Source of the DNA: Microthyrium microscopicum
Lineage: Eukaryota
Length of the DNA: 64,000 bases
Direction of reading: 5' to 3'
Assembly: GCA_010405405.1 (NCBI GenBank)
Contig: MU004231.1
Location: forward strand, 3,894,884-3,958,883
The notes beneath the pieces were generated by a model. The model was not told the origin of the DNA and did not search any database. It was given only the letters and a program-made list of their open reading frames with translations. The position numbers were made by a program, and so were the translations under genes. Positions 49,714 through 61,094 of the stretch are shown here, one piece after another (the stretch's first letter is position 1; each line of letters opens with the position of its first letter).

Positions 49714-50745
49714 ATGGCCAATCAACCACCCTATAAACGGGAACCTTGGATGACTGATGACTATCTCCGCTTCGGTACACCAGAGGACGATCGAGTAAAC
49801 CTCCTGCAGGAATGGGAACCGACGAATCACCTAGTCTCTAGTGGTGTCTCCGGCTCGCGGGCCTGTACTCCAGAAGAAGATCGAGTGTCGCTCTTGGAGG
49901 AATCGGAAATGCCAACAGCTGGCTCGCGGGCCTGCACTCCCAAAGAAGATGGAGTATCGCTCATGGATTCGGAATCCACGACCCACGCAGAGTACGACTC
50001 ACCACCCTGTACTCCCCCAGGCCAGGTTATTGAACCGTACTCACCATCTCAAGAAACGGACCCATCTCCATCGCCAACTGTCTCCACCAACTCCACTCCA
50101 GCAGCATCACCAAAATACTACATACACATCCGTCAACCAGGCAGGCCCGCCCCAAGCACATATCCACCCCCAAACACCACCTCCTCACCCGGGCCACCAT
50201 CGCCATCGCCAACTCAGGCAGAACCCACCCAAACCCTCACACCTTCCCACAAAGACCCTCGCGACAAATGCCCCGATCCACGCCACCACAACACCGCCTT
50301 CCGCCGCTGGGTGAAAAACCGCCGCGGCTTCAGCGAAGCAGACGTAAAAGAAGCATTCGCACTCTACGACTTCAACCTTCCACGCTTCGAGCAGACCAGC
50401 CAAGTAATCAACCGCCTCGAAGTTCTATTCCGCCTCACCGCCGTGCCCTGGCAATCTAGCGCGCAGCGGAAGATGGGGGTAGGTGCGAAGCTTTACCATA
50501 CGCTCAATCAGCTGATGGAGAAGGGTGGATGGTTTCAGTATGCGAGGTTGGAGGATGAGGAGACGGGGCAGGGGAGGAAATTGGTTTATGGACCTTGGAT
50601 AGTAAGGGGTAGCCCGAGGTGGAAGGGAGGAGAACTTGTGAAGGATTTGCCGGAGTGGTTTCCGCTGAAGCATATGGTGCTTGATGGAGAGGCGAAGTTT
50701 GCGAAAAGGGTTTGTGAGATGGTTGGGGATGAGAGGAGGGAATGA
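49714..50745 (+). CDS. Hypothetical orphan protein with N-terminal repeats
   Basis: ATG 49714. Three TP(E/K)(D/E)DxVxL repeats, P/S/T linker, aromatic C-terminal domain. Confidence 0.7.
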   Translation: MANQPPYKREPWMTDDYLRFGTPEDDRVNLLQEWEPTNHLVSSGVSGSRACTPEEDRVSLLEESEMPTAGSRACTPKEDGVSLMDSESTTHAEYDSPPCTPPGQVIEPYSPSQETDPSPSPTVSTNSTPAASPKYYIHIRQPGRPAPSTYPPPNTTSSPGPPSPSPTQAEPTQTLTPSHKDPRDKCPDPRHHNTAFRRWVKNRRGFSEADVKEAFALYDFNLPRFEQTSQVINRLEVLFRLTAVPWQSSAQRKMGVGAKLYHTLNQLMEKGGWFQYARLEDEETGQGRKLVYGPWIVRGSPRWKGGELVKDLPEWFPLKHMVLDGEAKFAKRVCEMVGDERRE

Positions 50746-51485
50746 GGTTTTGGAGCCACAAACGTATATATTGAGGGCTTTGGGATGGACATGATAATTA
50801 GTTATACTATATTGTACTTTTATTTGATGAGTATTACCCGCATCCTTCAACTCCTGTTTTTCAGTGGTTTTCCAGTAACTGATTTGCTCCCATAGACTGC
50901 AATGTCTATTAGCAAGTGCGCTAACAGATTGAGTGCTCTCTGGTCCGTGAGATCTGACAGCTTGATGACTTATGATGTGCTATGAGGTTGTTGATAGTTA
51001 TTGTCCTTAGCCTAGAAGAGTTGATGGCAGCAATCGTCCCCAATGGCACAGCGCAACTGCTTGGCCATGTGAAAATGTACTAACATCATGCCCTCGTTTC
51101 GATCTTCTCGGGTATCTTTGGTAGGTGTTCTTGTCGAAATCGTCACGCTCTTTCAAGAGGTAGCAGTAAATGAGAGTGTGCTTGGTGCAAGTTTTGGTGT
51201 TGTTCCAAGGCTGATGCGGCAAAATCGTATATTGCCTGCTGGCTATCAGGTTCTAATCAGGCCTGATTCTAATTCTCTCCGGAAAATACATCCGATGCAT
51301 TGCAGTAATGAATCGGCTGTCAGATAGATCAAGATGCAGAACTCAGCCTTGCAGCCAGCCTTGTTCTAGTCACACTAGGCTATTCCTGCATTAGCGCGAC
51401 AGGGGATGTTCAACGTCGTTCGAAAAATTTCGAGATTCAGGACAACAACTCACAGTCCAAATACCCATACCAACCGCCAAATACA

Positions 51486-52162
51486 ATGAATTTCCCATCA
51501 TCGTTTCCCGGCGGAGGCGCTGCGATGGCAGGCCCCATGGGTGGTGCGCAAGCCGGTCAAAATGGCATGTCTCCGCAAGAAATGCAGCAAGTCATGCTGG
51601 TCAGCTCCCCGTCCTCCAGACAGCCAATTCATACTAACGCGCCTCCAGATGAAAAGCGTCATGGAGTCCTGTCCTGCCAAATCTGTGATGGCGACAGTAA
51701 TGGGTGGTGCCCTCGGTGGCATGTTCGGTCTCTTCATGTCCTCCGTCCGTGTCCCTCCACAAAGCTCCTACGACCATCGCTAACAGTATTCAGATGCGCT
51801 ACGATACTCCCCTAGCGGCAAACCCCAATCTCCCAGGCGGCAAAGCCCTCGTCGACCTCCCTATGCGCGAACAACTCAGACACGGCCTCAGAGATATGGG
51901 CAAAGCGTCCCTGTCGTCAGCAAAGAACTTTGCGTACCTTGGCGGTGTTTTCTCCGGCGTCGAATGCTGTATCGAGTCATTACGAGGGAAGAACGATATA
52001 TGGAACGGTGTGATGGGCGGAGGACTGACAGGTGGCATACTGGCGAGGAAACAGGGTCCTGGTGCCATGCTTTTCGGCGCGGCGGGCTTTGCGGCGTTCA
52101 GTTACGGCATTGAATGGTATATGCGGAGTCCGGACAACGAGAGACGGTATCCGGTGGAATGA
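51486..52162 (+). CDS. TIM22: Mitochondrial inner-membrane carrier translocase Tim22
   Basis: Exons 51486-51599, 51649-51744, 51794-52162. MESCP.K, GGMFGLFMSSMRYDTP, SSAKNF, ECCIESLRGKND. Confidence 0.95.
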
Positions 52163-53685
52163 AAGAGCTTGGAATGGATGTTGGTGCGGATTGAATTTAT
52201 GATACCCTACTCTGGATCGCAGCATTTTATGGAGCGTTGGGGGCGCAAGGTTTGTATAATATCTGAACTTTGAATGTCTTTACTTTAGACTGCTTCATTT
52301 CTCTCTTGTGTCCTCTCTCCTTTTTTATGTTTTGAACGTGTTCGTTGGCTTTGTTTGAGCCGTTCAAGCTGCGATTTGGCATGATTCAAGGAGCACAGCA
52401 CAGAAAGCTCGAAGTCCTGTTCTCATTGCTCTAGCTTCGAGTGATTCATATTCAGTTCTTATTTTTTTGTTTTGGTCTTTCTATCTCTTATCTTGTTTTG
52501 CTTGTGGTGTCGAGAGCTTGGTAAGTTGTCGAATCCGATGAGAGTCAAATTAGTCATTGTTGGGAACATATTGGTTATGTTGACATTTAAGTTGACGTAC
52601 TCCATTTATGTTCTGTAAGTTACAAACCTAATATTATTTGGAGCCAATTCATGCTGACCAAAGGCTTTACAGAAACTAGAAATCTTTGATTTATTTTCGA
52701 GAGGTCTGGAAGAAAGCTCGTAGGGTATTTATTTCACCTCATGGTAATTTCATTCACAATTCCCGGTGGTGTGGCATAGCAGTCAGATGCCACACTTAAC
52801 GACGGTTTTAATACCGTACCAGCGCGCTAGTCCTAAAACACCACAAACGCCAGTGTGTAAGTTCAATTCCCGAGTGGTTCGCCACATCGTGTCTGACAGC
52901 AATGCAAATGCTGGATGCTTTAGAGTAGCGCGACAGTGGAATCAAAAAAGGGTATAATCGACTTGAAAGAATATGAACCCTACTCCTCTGCTTGCACGAG
53001 TTTTATAGACAGTTAGTAGATAGTTTAGTTAATAGTAGTTTATTTTTTTGCCTTGCTTGTCCTCTTTTTTTGCTTATGTAGATGCCATTTGTTCTGGCTT
53101 TCAACGCCTTACAATTCTTTCTTCATCATCTTGAATTTTGCATTCTATAATATCGTCTGCTTCTGTCTGCTTGGTTTTGATGCTGCTGAATTGTGACGAT
53201 TTCGAATGAAGCCAATGTTATCCAGCTGAAAAAAATGGCTCGTCCTCATCCATCAGCTTCCGCTGGCCCTCATTCGATAGAGCACGCTCAGTTACTGACT
53301 GCGCTTCTTTCCATCTAGTGCTCAGAAAATGGCCTGAAGCATCATCTGCGATGGGAAGCAGATCCAATGTTCTAAATCTAATGCCATAATAGACGCTGTA
53401 ATTGCTGGAAGCGCGCCAATTGTTCTCCTTTCCATCGAATGTTGAGTGCTGGAGTATTCTAGACGCGGTAGGGGCCTTCTCGAAGTCTCAGTGTGTAAGG
53501 AATCTTGTTTAAGTAAGGAAGCGTCTTTGCTTCTTCCCTACACAGCTTCGAGGACTCCGCAGACACGTTGGCAACCACAAGTTCGAAACTCAAGGTCCGT
53601 TCCATATCCTTCGCAAAACTTTAATGCTCAGTCGATCAGCTCACATCCGCTTGCTATAGCTTTCAGGTCTTTTCCAGCTGTCAAT

Positions 53686-54806
53686 ATGTCACTCTTCGAA
53701 GATACCGCGGCTGCAAGCGGTAAAGCAAAATTAGAGAGTACAGCCCCTACCAAGAAACGCTCGAACTCTACATCGCTTGAAGCTGAGAGTCGCAATACAA
53801 AGCAGCCGCGAATCGGAACCAACAAAGCGTTAGAGAAGCAAATCAGCTCAGATGTAGATCATGTCGGTCGTCGCGAGTCCATCGAAGAAAAGGAGCGCCG
53901 AGCTTTCTTCGAAGGCACAACTGCAATGTGGCCGCCATCCTTCAAGTAAGCCCGTCCACGCTTGTGCCTAGAAGTGACCTTGCTAACATCCGGAAGAGTG
54001 GCTGGTCACACTTTCTCAAGCGCCAAGGCATCGGAGTCTTGCGATTTCGTGAGTCGTTGCGACAAACGGGTGTTCAATGTACACAAAATGATTCTCCAAC
54101 TCCGTTCAGAATTCTTTACGGAAATGTTTCGCACGAAATGGAAGGTAAGTAACCATGGTGATGACCTAAAGCTAATAGATACTAATTTGGCATTCTAGGA
54201 GTCAATCACCAGAAGAGTCTGGCTTCAGGAAGATCCTGCTACGGTAGCGCGAGTTCTTGGCTGGATGTACACCAGCAGAATGCCTATCGAAGGCAGAGAC
54301 ACCACAGCCTTGAGTTGTGCTAAGGTGTGCCGCTGTCCGGTGGGAATCACATAAACCAGATCGCTAACTCAGCTTAGATTTACAAATTAGCAGATCAATG
54401 GCTCATCAACGACCTGAAGGAGCTCGTGAAGAAACTGTTTTTGACTGCAAAATTCGAAACCATCGAAAGAGGCTTGGCTCCTTGCGTCTCACTGATATAC
54501 AATGAGATCATTGATGTTGAGGATCTGAAAATCCATCTCATGAAGGCAGCTTTGCTGTATTGTCGTGGGGATAAGGAGATAAGAACAGCGATTCGTGGCT
54601 TGATGGACGAGGTCTCAGAGTTTGGCGAGGATCTCATCAACTTCATGTTGGATCAGAGTGCTCCAGCGATTCCAGCGGCTCGAGCACAATTGCCACCGTT
54701 GTTCACAGCTTTGCAACACGCGGGTACTATGGAAGATAACTTACTGAATCTAATAAGACCGGCGGCGGGAAAGGGTGGCAGAGGCGGACGAGGCGGAAGG
54801 CGTTAG
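53686..54806 (+). CDS. BTB/POZ-domain protein with C-terminal RGG tail
   Basis: Exons 53686-53945, 53997-54144, 54199-54324, 54378-54806. FNVHKMILQLRSEFF..WKES..EDPATVARVLGWMYT..IYKLADQW. Confidence 0.85.
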
Positions 54807-55334
54807 TCGAAGCATAGAGTGCTTTCACCGATTGGATTGTAGTTCTCGTTGAATGAATTAGACAACCACGAAGCAGGCGTCTATTTGTGGATCGGGGGAT
54901 GAGTACCTAAATAGCCAGTAATAACAATACCACTTACATGTTGAGGCTAAACATGATTGTGAAAATATCGCCAATACTTATCTCGTCCAATGTCCAATGC
55001 CCATGGTCATACCTTAGGGAAGTGTTGACAAGCAGTAATTACGACTCGATTATGATGTAGTGGCGAACATGAAAAATGGGACAACGACATAAGAGTACGA
55101 ACAGAGTAAGACAGACCGCAGAGGTTACTACTTTAGGCACTGGCTACCCCCGTCAGTCCCTTCCCAAGCTAGAAACGAGGAAGGTGCTGTGCTATCAACG
55201 TATACCACCCGCCCACCACGTCGTCTCTAGCAAATGTTTAACTCGTTTGACATCTCATTTGACATCTGACCATATCGACTGTAAGCAGCAAGAACATCAA
55301 AATCGTTATTATAAAGCCATATCAAATTGATATC

Positions 55335-55915
55335 ATGGATGACCCTGAAAACAACACACACTCCGAACAGCCAATAGAGCAGCACAACAACCTCGAAGCT
55401 CATGTCGAGACCAGCCAGTCGTTCAACGATAGTCCAACCGATCCACCCAGCAGCACAGAGCTAACACCAGAAGCGAGTTCAAGCCCGCCTCGAGCAGCAG
55501 TCTCTGAGCTATTGGACTTGTTTGCCCAACTCGTATGAACCATTTTCTTAATTTTAGTCCATCTGCTAAAGAACCTTAGGCAATCATGGACGAACAAGCA
55601 GAGTTCCTTCAGCAATCGACCGAATTGCTTCGAGAGATCCAAGAGCAGTTGCGAGAAATTCCGGACGACATAGCCCGCCTGGAATTTATGTGTGCAAATT
55701 ACGGAATCATTCAAAGCGTTTCGGCTATGGTCAATGCCATCGCCGACGCAAATGCAGTCGACGGTTCTTCCGATGACCACTCCGACAACAGCTCCGATGA
55801 CAGCTCGTCAAATGAGCATTCGCACCTATACTTTGAAGACACTTCATCAGAGGAACATTTTGACTTCAGCCGGTTGAATCGTGACCATTATTATGACTCG
55901 ACAGACAGCGAGTAG
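55335..55915 (+). CDS. Small acidic hypothetical protein with coiled coil
   Basis: Exons 55335-55532 and 55580-55915, joined in phase by a GTATGA..CTAAA..TAG intron. Confidence 0.6.
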
Positions 55916-56749
55916 TGGAATTCGGTGGTTGCTAAAACGATCTGATGAGCAAGTGATGAGACGATTGGGCCTCGAAGCCTCCAACAACATAGCCGACGAG
56001 GCCGTTACTTGTTGCATACCACCGGGGAGATAAAAGTTGCGTCAGAACCCAAGATGGTATATTCGTGTCATCAAGCTAATCGCGCAAGTGGGAACTGTTG
56101 GTCAGGCTTCCATTCGAGCAGTATTCAGCGAGCGAACTGGCTTTGTGGGATTCTTGTCTCTGCGACTAGTTATAAAAGCGAAGAATCACAGTAGAGATGA
56201 TTCTGATATCGTACGTTGGTAGTGTGGAATAAGAATTAAAGTTTATGGGACCGATCACATATATGATTTAACATACTCGTATCAACAATTAGCTTCTATG
56301 ATTCACTCGAACAGTAGACAATCGCATGAATTCATGCTGTGAGAGAAGATATCTGAACTGCGTTATCACATTGCTGGTGTGCTGTCAGGTTGCTTCAGAG
56401 AGAGACAACAGGTCGACGAAAAAAATGAATAACACTCTCCGATCGATCTATCGCCGCACCTCGTCAAGAGCACACTGGTAGCTGATCAATTGGGGAATGT
56501 AAGGGAGGCTCCAAATCATCATTAGTACACCTGCTGTATCCGGCGACAAAAAACTGATTCATGTTGATGCTCTAAGGAACTCACGTGTGAACAGCAATGA
56601 CGAAGAAGGAAACGATCAATCTAGATTTCGATATCAACTATCCTCATCTGAATGCTCTTATCTCTCATCGCCAAAAAACTCGCTGATGTTTGTGTATATT
56701 GCCATATGTAGAATCGCCCAGGGTATTTCGCAACTGTCAAAGCATCTCT

Positions 56750-57933
56750 CTACCAATTCCGTTGTTGACTCCCGTAAAATCTTCTTTTCATGTCTCTTTC
56801 ACCGGTGAAATAGGACGAATAGATCGATGATTTGGTCAGAGCCAACCACTGCTTGCTAGAAGGCAAGCCAGATCCAAAATCGACATATCGGTCGAAATGG
56901 AGAACATGACTGCCAACACTAATGACTTCGTCTTCGAAGCTTCTGCTAAAAGAAGCTATATTTTCCATGTAGTTGACGTGGACAACGGAGCATCTTGACT
57001 CGGAAGGACAGATCCTGCAGCTCTTGGCTACTACCCAGTCTTTGGCGAGGTAAGGCTTTCGGGAGTTGTCGGTAGGTCCTTCCATCTCCTCTTGCGTGGT
57101 GCAGTGCATGTGGCTACACTGATAAGTGCTAGAAGCGAGAATTTCGGGAGGTGTGACAGAATCCCACTGGCAAGAACTTCCTAAGACTGGTCCATTTGAA
57201 ATGCCCAGCCAGGACGAAGGAACTGGAAAGATCAGTTCAACCTTGACCAGAAGGTGCTCTTGGACGACCTTTGTCTCACGAATGAAGTGGACAGGACGAC
57301 CTTTCTGTCAAGCTTACTTCGGTTGGTGCACTTCCTTAACTGCTTCGAGGTGATGAAATATTCTCCAACAAGATCGAAGTACAAGCTGGAATCAAAGTCG
57401 AGCGTTTCAAGGGGCATGCCAAAGCCCTTGCCAAATTCGTGGTGCAGCATGACTGCTTGAGGGAATTCTGTTGTCCATGCTCCATCTGGCATGCGGACTG
57501 AATCCCGATCTCCAGTACAAGCATGTGTTTCCCACTTGATAGTCTCTTTCAAGAAACATGTGTCCTCATCAAGAGCAGGGAGAGCAGCATGATATCGAAT
57601 GCAGTTGCCGTGGTCGCATAGAAAAGACTTGGGAAACATCCGGCGGATGCCTTCTAAAAGTCGAAGTTGCTGAAGGGTGTTGCATTGTGTGGTAGCTGGA
57701 TTTAGAATATGCCTGATAGCGTCAAAGCCTATCATCTCCATTGGAAAGCTCGCGGTCATTGCGAAGTTGGCGGCAGTTTCCTTGTCCATATAAGAGATTA
57801 TCATGAGCCAGACTTCAATAGGGAACATGCTCCGGAGACCATTGGAGGATGGCTTTGGAGTATCGTCGTGCGTATTGGTTGTTCGTTCATGACCTTGAAC
57901 CCATTCATCATAATCAAAAGAACGCGAAGACAT
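56750..57933 (-). pseudogene. F-box protein paralogue with a frameshift near 57300
   Basis: FPIEVWLMIISYMD F-box; CDHGNCIRYH and MPDGAW. The homologous sequence RPVHFIRETKVV..CRICPSE..DFGSGLPSSKQWLALT continues in another frame. Confidence 0.7.
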
Positions 57934-59311
57934 AGCGATGGTGGTATATGAAGTGAGTATAGCCGTTTAGTCAGGTCAGTGAGTGTCCTCAGAGTTCGGG
58001 CGGTTGTAAACCCCAGTCTCCAGACCAAGAACTTACAGTGCGTCTAAATGCAGACTTTTCAATGAGTGTTGCTTATATTGAGTAGGATGCTCTGTTGGCA
58101 TCCGGATCAGGACGAGAGAAGTGATCTGGAGAAGACAACAAAACGAAGGCGCAGCAAAAGATTTTATACAACTGAAACCGGTCTCGTTTGTTCTCTATTC
58201 GGTGATGCCGACCCAACGAGTTACTGTTTGCTCTGTTCATTTGAAAGAGAACTCAAATGCAGTGTTGATATTCGAAAATTGGGGTCAAACTTCAGCGCGG
58301 ATGAATCATTTTGGCTGAACATCGCGCAGTCGCACATATGCCTTCGAACAACCTCAAGGATTTTCATTCTCGCTGACTTATTCTCACCAAGTACAAGTGA
58401 AGATACTTCCTTCCCTCAAAGGTAAGCAATGCGGTATGGAGGTGCACTAGAGTGTCAGCATGATTCGTGAGAGGTGGAAGACGTGGCGATTTGGTCAACG
58501 AGATTGTACTTCACTTGAATTCGGCGCGAAGATACAATATATGGCCCGCTTTACTCATGAACACTGAGACTGCGAGACTTGATGACCTGGTCTCGTTCAA
58601 TTCTCTCAGCAGTGCCCCACATCAGGAATTGTGAATATCTTCTCATAATCCTTAGTTCTAGTAGATACAATTGAGCTCTTATTCAGGGGTGTTTGTAAGA
58701 GTCCGATACTGACCTCAAAATGCAAGCGAAACAGAGCTACGACCTCAGATTGTTTGACCTCACGGTTGGTAGGCGGCACAAGGTCATCTATTTGGCGCCT
58801 GACCCATCAAGTCTCTAACAGCCGGGCCATACGCTCCTTTGTTGTCCAAGATCAAGTCGCGTCTTGCCAGTAAAGCTGATCAAATCTCCATGTTATTATC
58901 GAATGAAACGAATGCCAACCGAAGGACAGAATAACTGGCGTGCCCCCATCGACTTCTATGGCTCCCATCTGCCACGCTTTGTTATCGAGTGCTTTATTTC
59001 CCAAGGACTACGTTTAGTCTACCACTATCGATCGATTGTGATGGGAATTATAGTACTTGCTGTTTGGAGGCGTTGGTGGGAGCCGTTGGAGTTGATTGGG
59101 GCACGCCAGTTATTTTGCCCACCGGTTGGAATGCCAGGGCAAGTATTACACCAGAGTCTCAAATCAGATACATGTGACCCCAGCAGTGCAATGCGCGATC
59201 GAATTTCTATGTATCTGACCCCACGAGATTCTCAACGAAATTGAGTAGGCTCTTCACAGCATGGCGAAAGCGATTCCACATACGCTTGAAAGCATAAAAC
59301 AGAAAACATAG

Positions 59312-60619
59312 TCACAATCGACGGCCGCCTTCAAATCGCGCACCAACTTGTGCCTCCCCCGTGTAGCCTTCATCAAAACCATCGTCCCAGGTTGTAGCAT
59401 TCGTCGTCAAAGCCTTCCATTCCTTCGAAGTGGGCATGCCGTTGCCAAAGTCACGATAGCAAGTTGAGACCATGACATATCCAGCTGTGCTTCTTACATA
59501 ATTGGTGAAAGCCAAGTTCCACTTACTCCTGTCAAGTTCGCTTGAGTGTACAATGGCTTCTGACATTTCTGTAGGACAATAGGGGCAACCTCTGCTCTGC
59601 CATACGTCTTGGATGCTGCCCGAAAGCTTCCACCCAGTTATTAAGTGGCACAAAAGCGCTTTGCGCTCAGCTTGGGTCGGATCATCCCAATGGAGGCAGC
59701 GATTCTTGATCAATATGGAATAGCGACCAGTAACCGGATATCTTTCATCCCATTCGTTTTCAAGGGTTCTTGTATCAACCCGGCGTAACCAGTAGGGAAT
59801 GACAAGGAATAGCTGGCTCTTTACTAACAGCTTACCGTCCACAATCCTCGCTTCCCGGCTATAGTGAGCTGGTTGACACTCACCCTCTCTCGCAAGATTG
59901 TACTGTACTGCTCCAATCGACTTTGGACTTCTCAGATGAGTTTCGTTGTACTTCACCACGGCCTCGTTCTCCACATTGACACCCAGAATATTACCATATG
60001 CAGGGCCAAACTCGATTCTTTTCATGATCATCTGCGCAACATCGCAGCCCCACGGACCATCTGGCATTTCAATGGTGCGCGCATGTCCATGGCACGTACA
60101 TGGACGTGGCCAGTGAGAAAAGACAGCTGATATCAGCCAGCCTGTTGATCGCTGAACACGCGGTATCGTTCCTGTATGGTAGACGCGACAGAAAGGATGA
60201 TCACAAAACCAGCCCCTGCGATACAGTCGTCGAAACCCTTCGAGAACGACAAGAGGCCCATCAATCCATCTGACTGCGTGGATAGGAGTATAACGAAAGG
60301 CCCGAAGCGTAGCTGCGGTGGAGATGGTCAGAGAGGCCTTGTCGGTCTCGTCCAGATGGTCTGCTACAAGTTCCCAGATTTCAGCTGGGAGCCTAATGAA
60401 TAGATTACTACAAATCTGTTAGTACCACATGATAATCTTGAGCAGGCGGTATGTGAGCTTTCGAGCAGGATCGTATTCGAGATGATCCGCAAAGCAAGAG
60501 CCCATGGGATCTGTTGGGAAATCTAGGTTTTCGAAGCAAGAAACTCACCCGCGGTTAAGAGTTTTCAAGTGCTCGTTAGGTGTGTTCCACCGAAAAGGAA
60601 GCACCTGCAATCCAGACAT
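59312..60619 (-). CDS. F-box protein (intact tandem paralogue)
   Basis: Exons 60619-60549 and 60407-59312. RLPAEIWELVADHLD, CDHPFCRVYH, MPDGPW, EARIVDGKLLVK, CPYCPTE, DFGNG..EWKALT. Confidence 0.85.
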
Positions 60620-61094
60620 ATTTCCCAGATCGCAGTGACGTTGATACTATGTCCTTGATCCAGCGATTACAATATTGCATGCTCCAGGCGAATCGCAGGA
60701 CTCACGGCATTATAAGTCAACTAACAACACCACGACACCATCAACAGACAAAAGATGAAGATACAATCACATCTCATTGTATAATACAACTACAGATCAA
60801 AAGTTATACACTCAACACTACGACTAAACATCCAGTGACGGGTGGCAATTATCCAACAATAAAATAGTAAAACAAAACAAAAGCCACCACCGACACATGT
60901 ACAAAGGATTCCAAAAATCCCGCTAATGCAAATCAAAAACAATTATGCTTTATGCTTTCTTTCTTCCCAACAGTGTGGTCGAGGCGTGGTTGGATATCGT
61001 AAAATCATTAAGGGGTGAGCTGGTTCGTCAGAACAACGGAAAAGGCGTGAGGCTGCTCTAGTGATACAAGTTCTTGTTATCAGTACAAGTGAGA

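Noticed and set aside
57301..57317. 17-nt GTAAGC..AAG micro-intron that would repair the F-box frameshift
   Set aside because: Far below the size of the other introns in the window; a frameshift is simpler.
58066..59244. ORFs between the F-box paralogues
   Set aside because: Non-ATG starts and no motifs.
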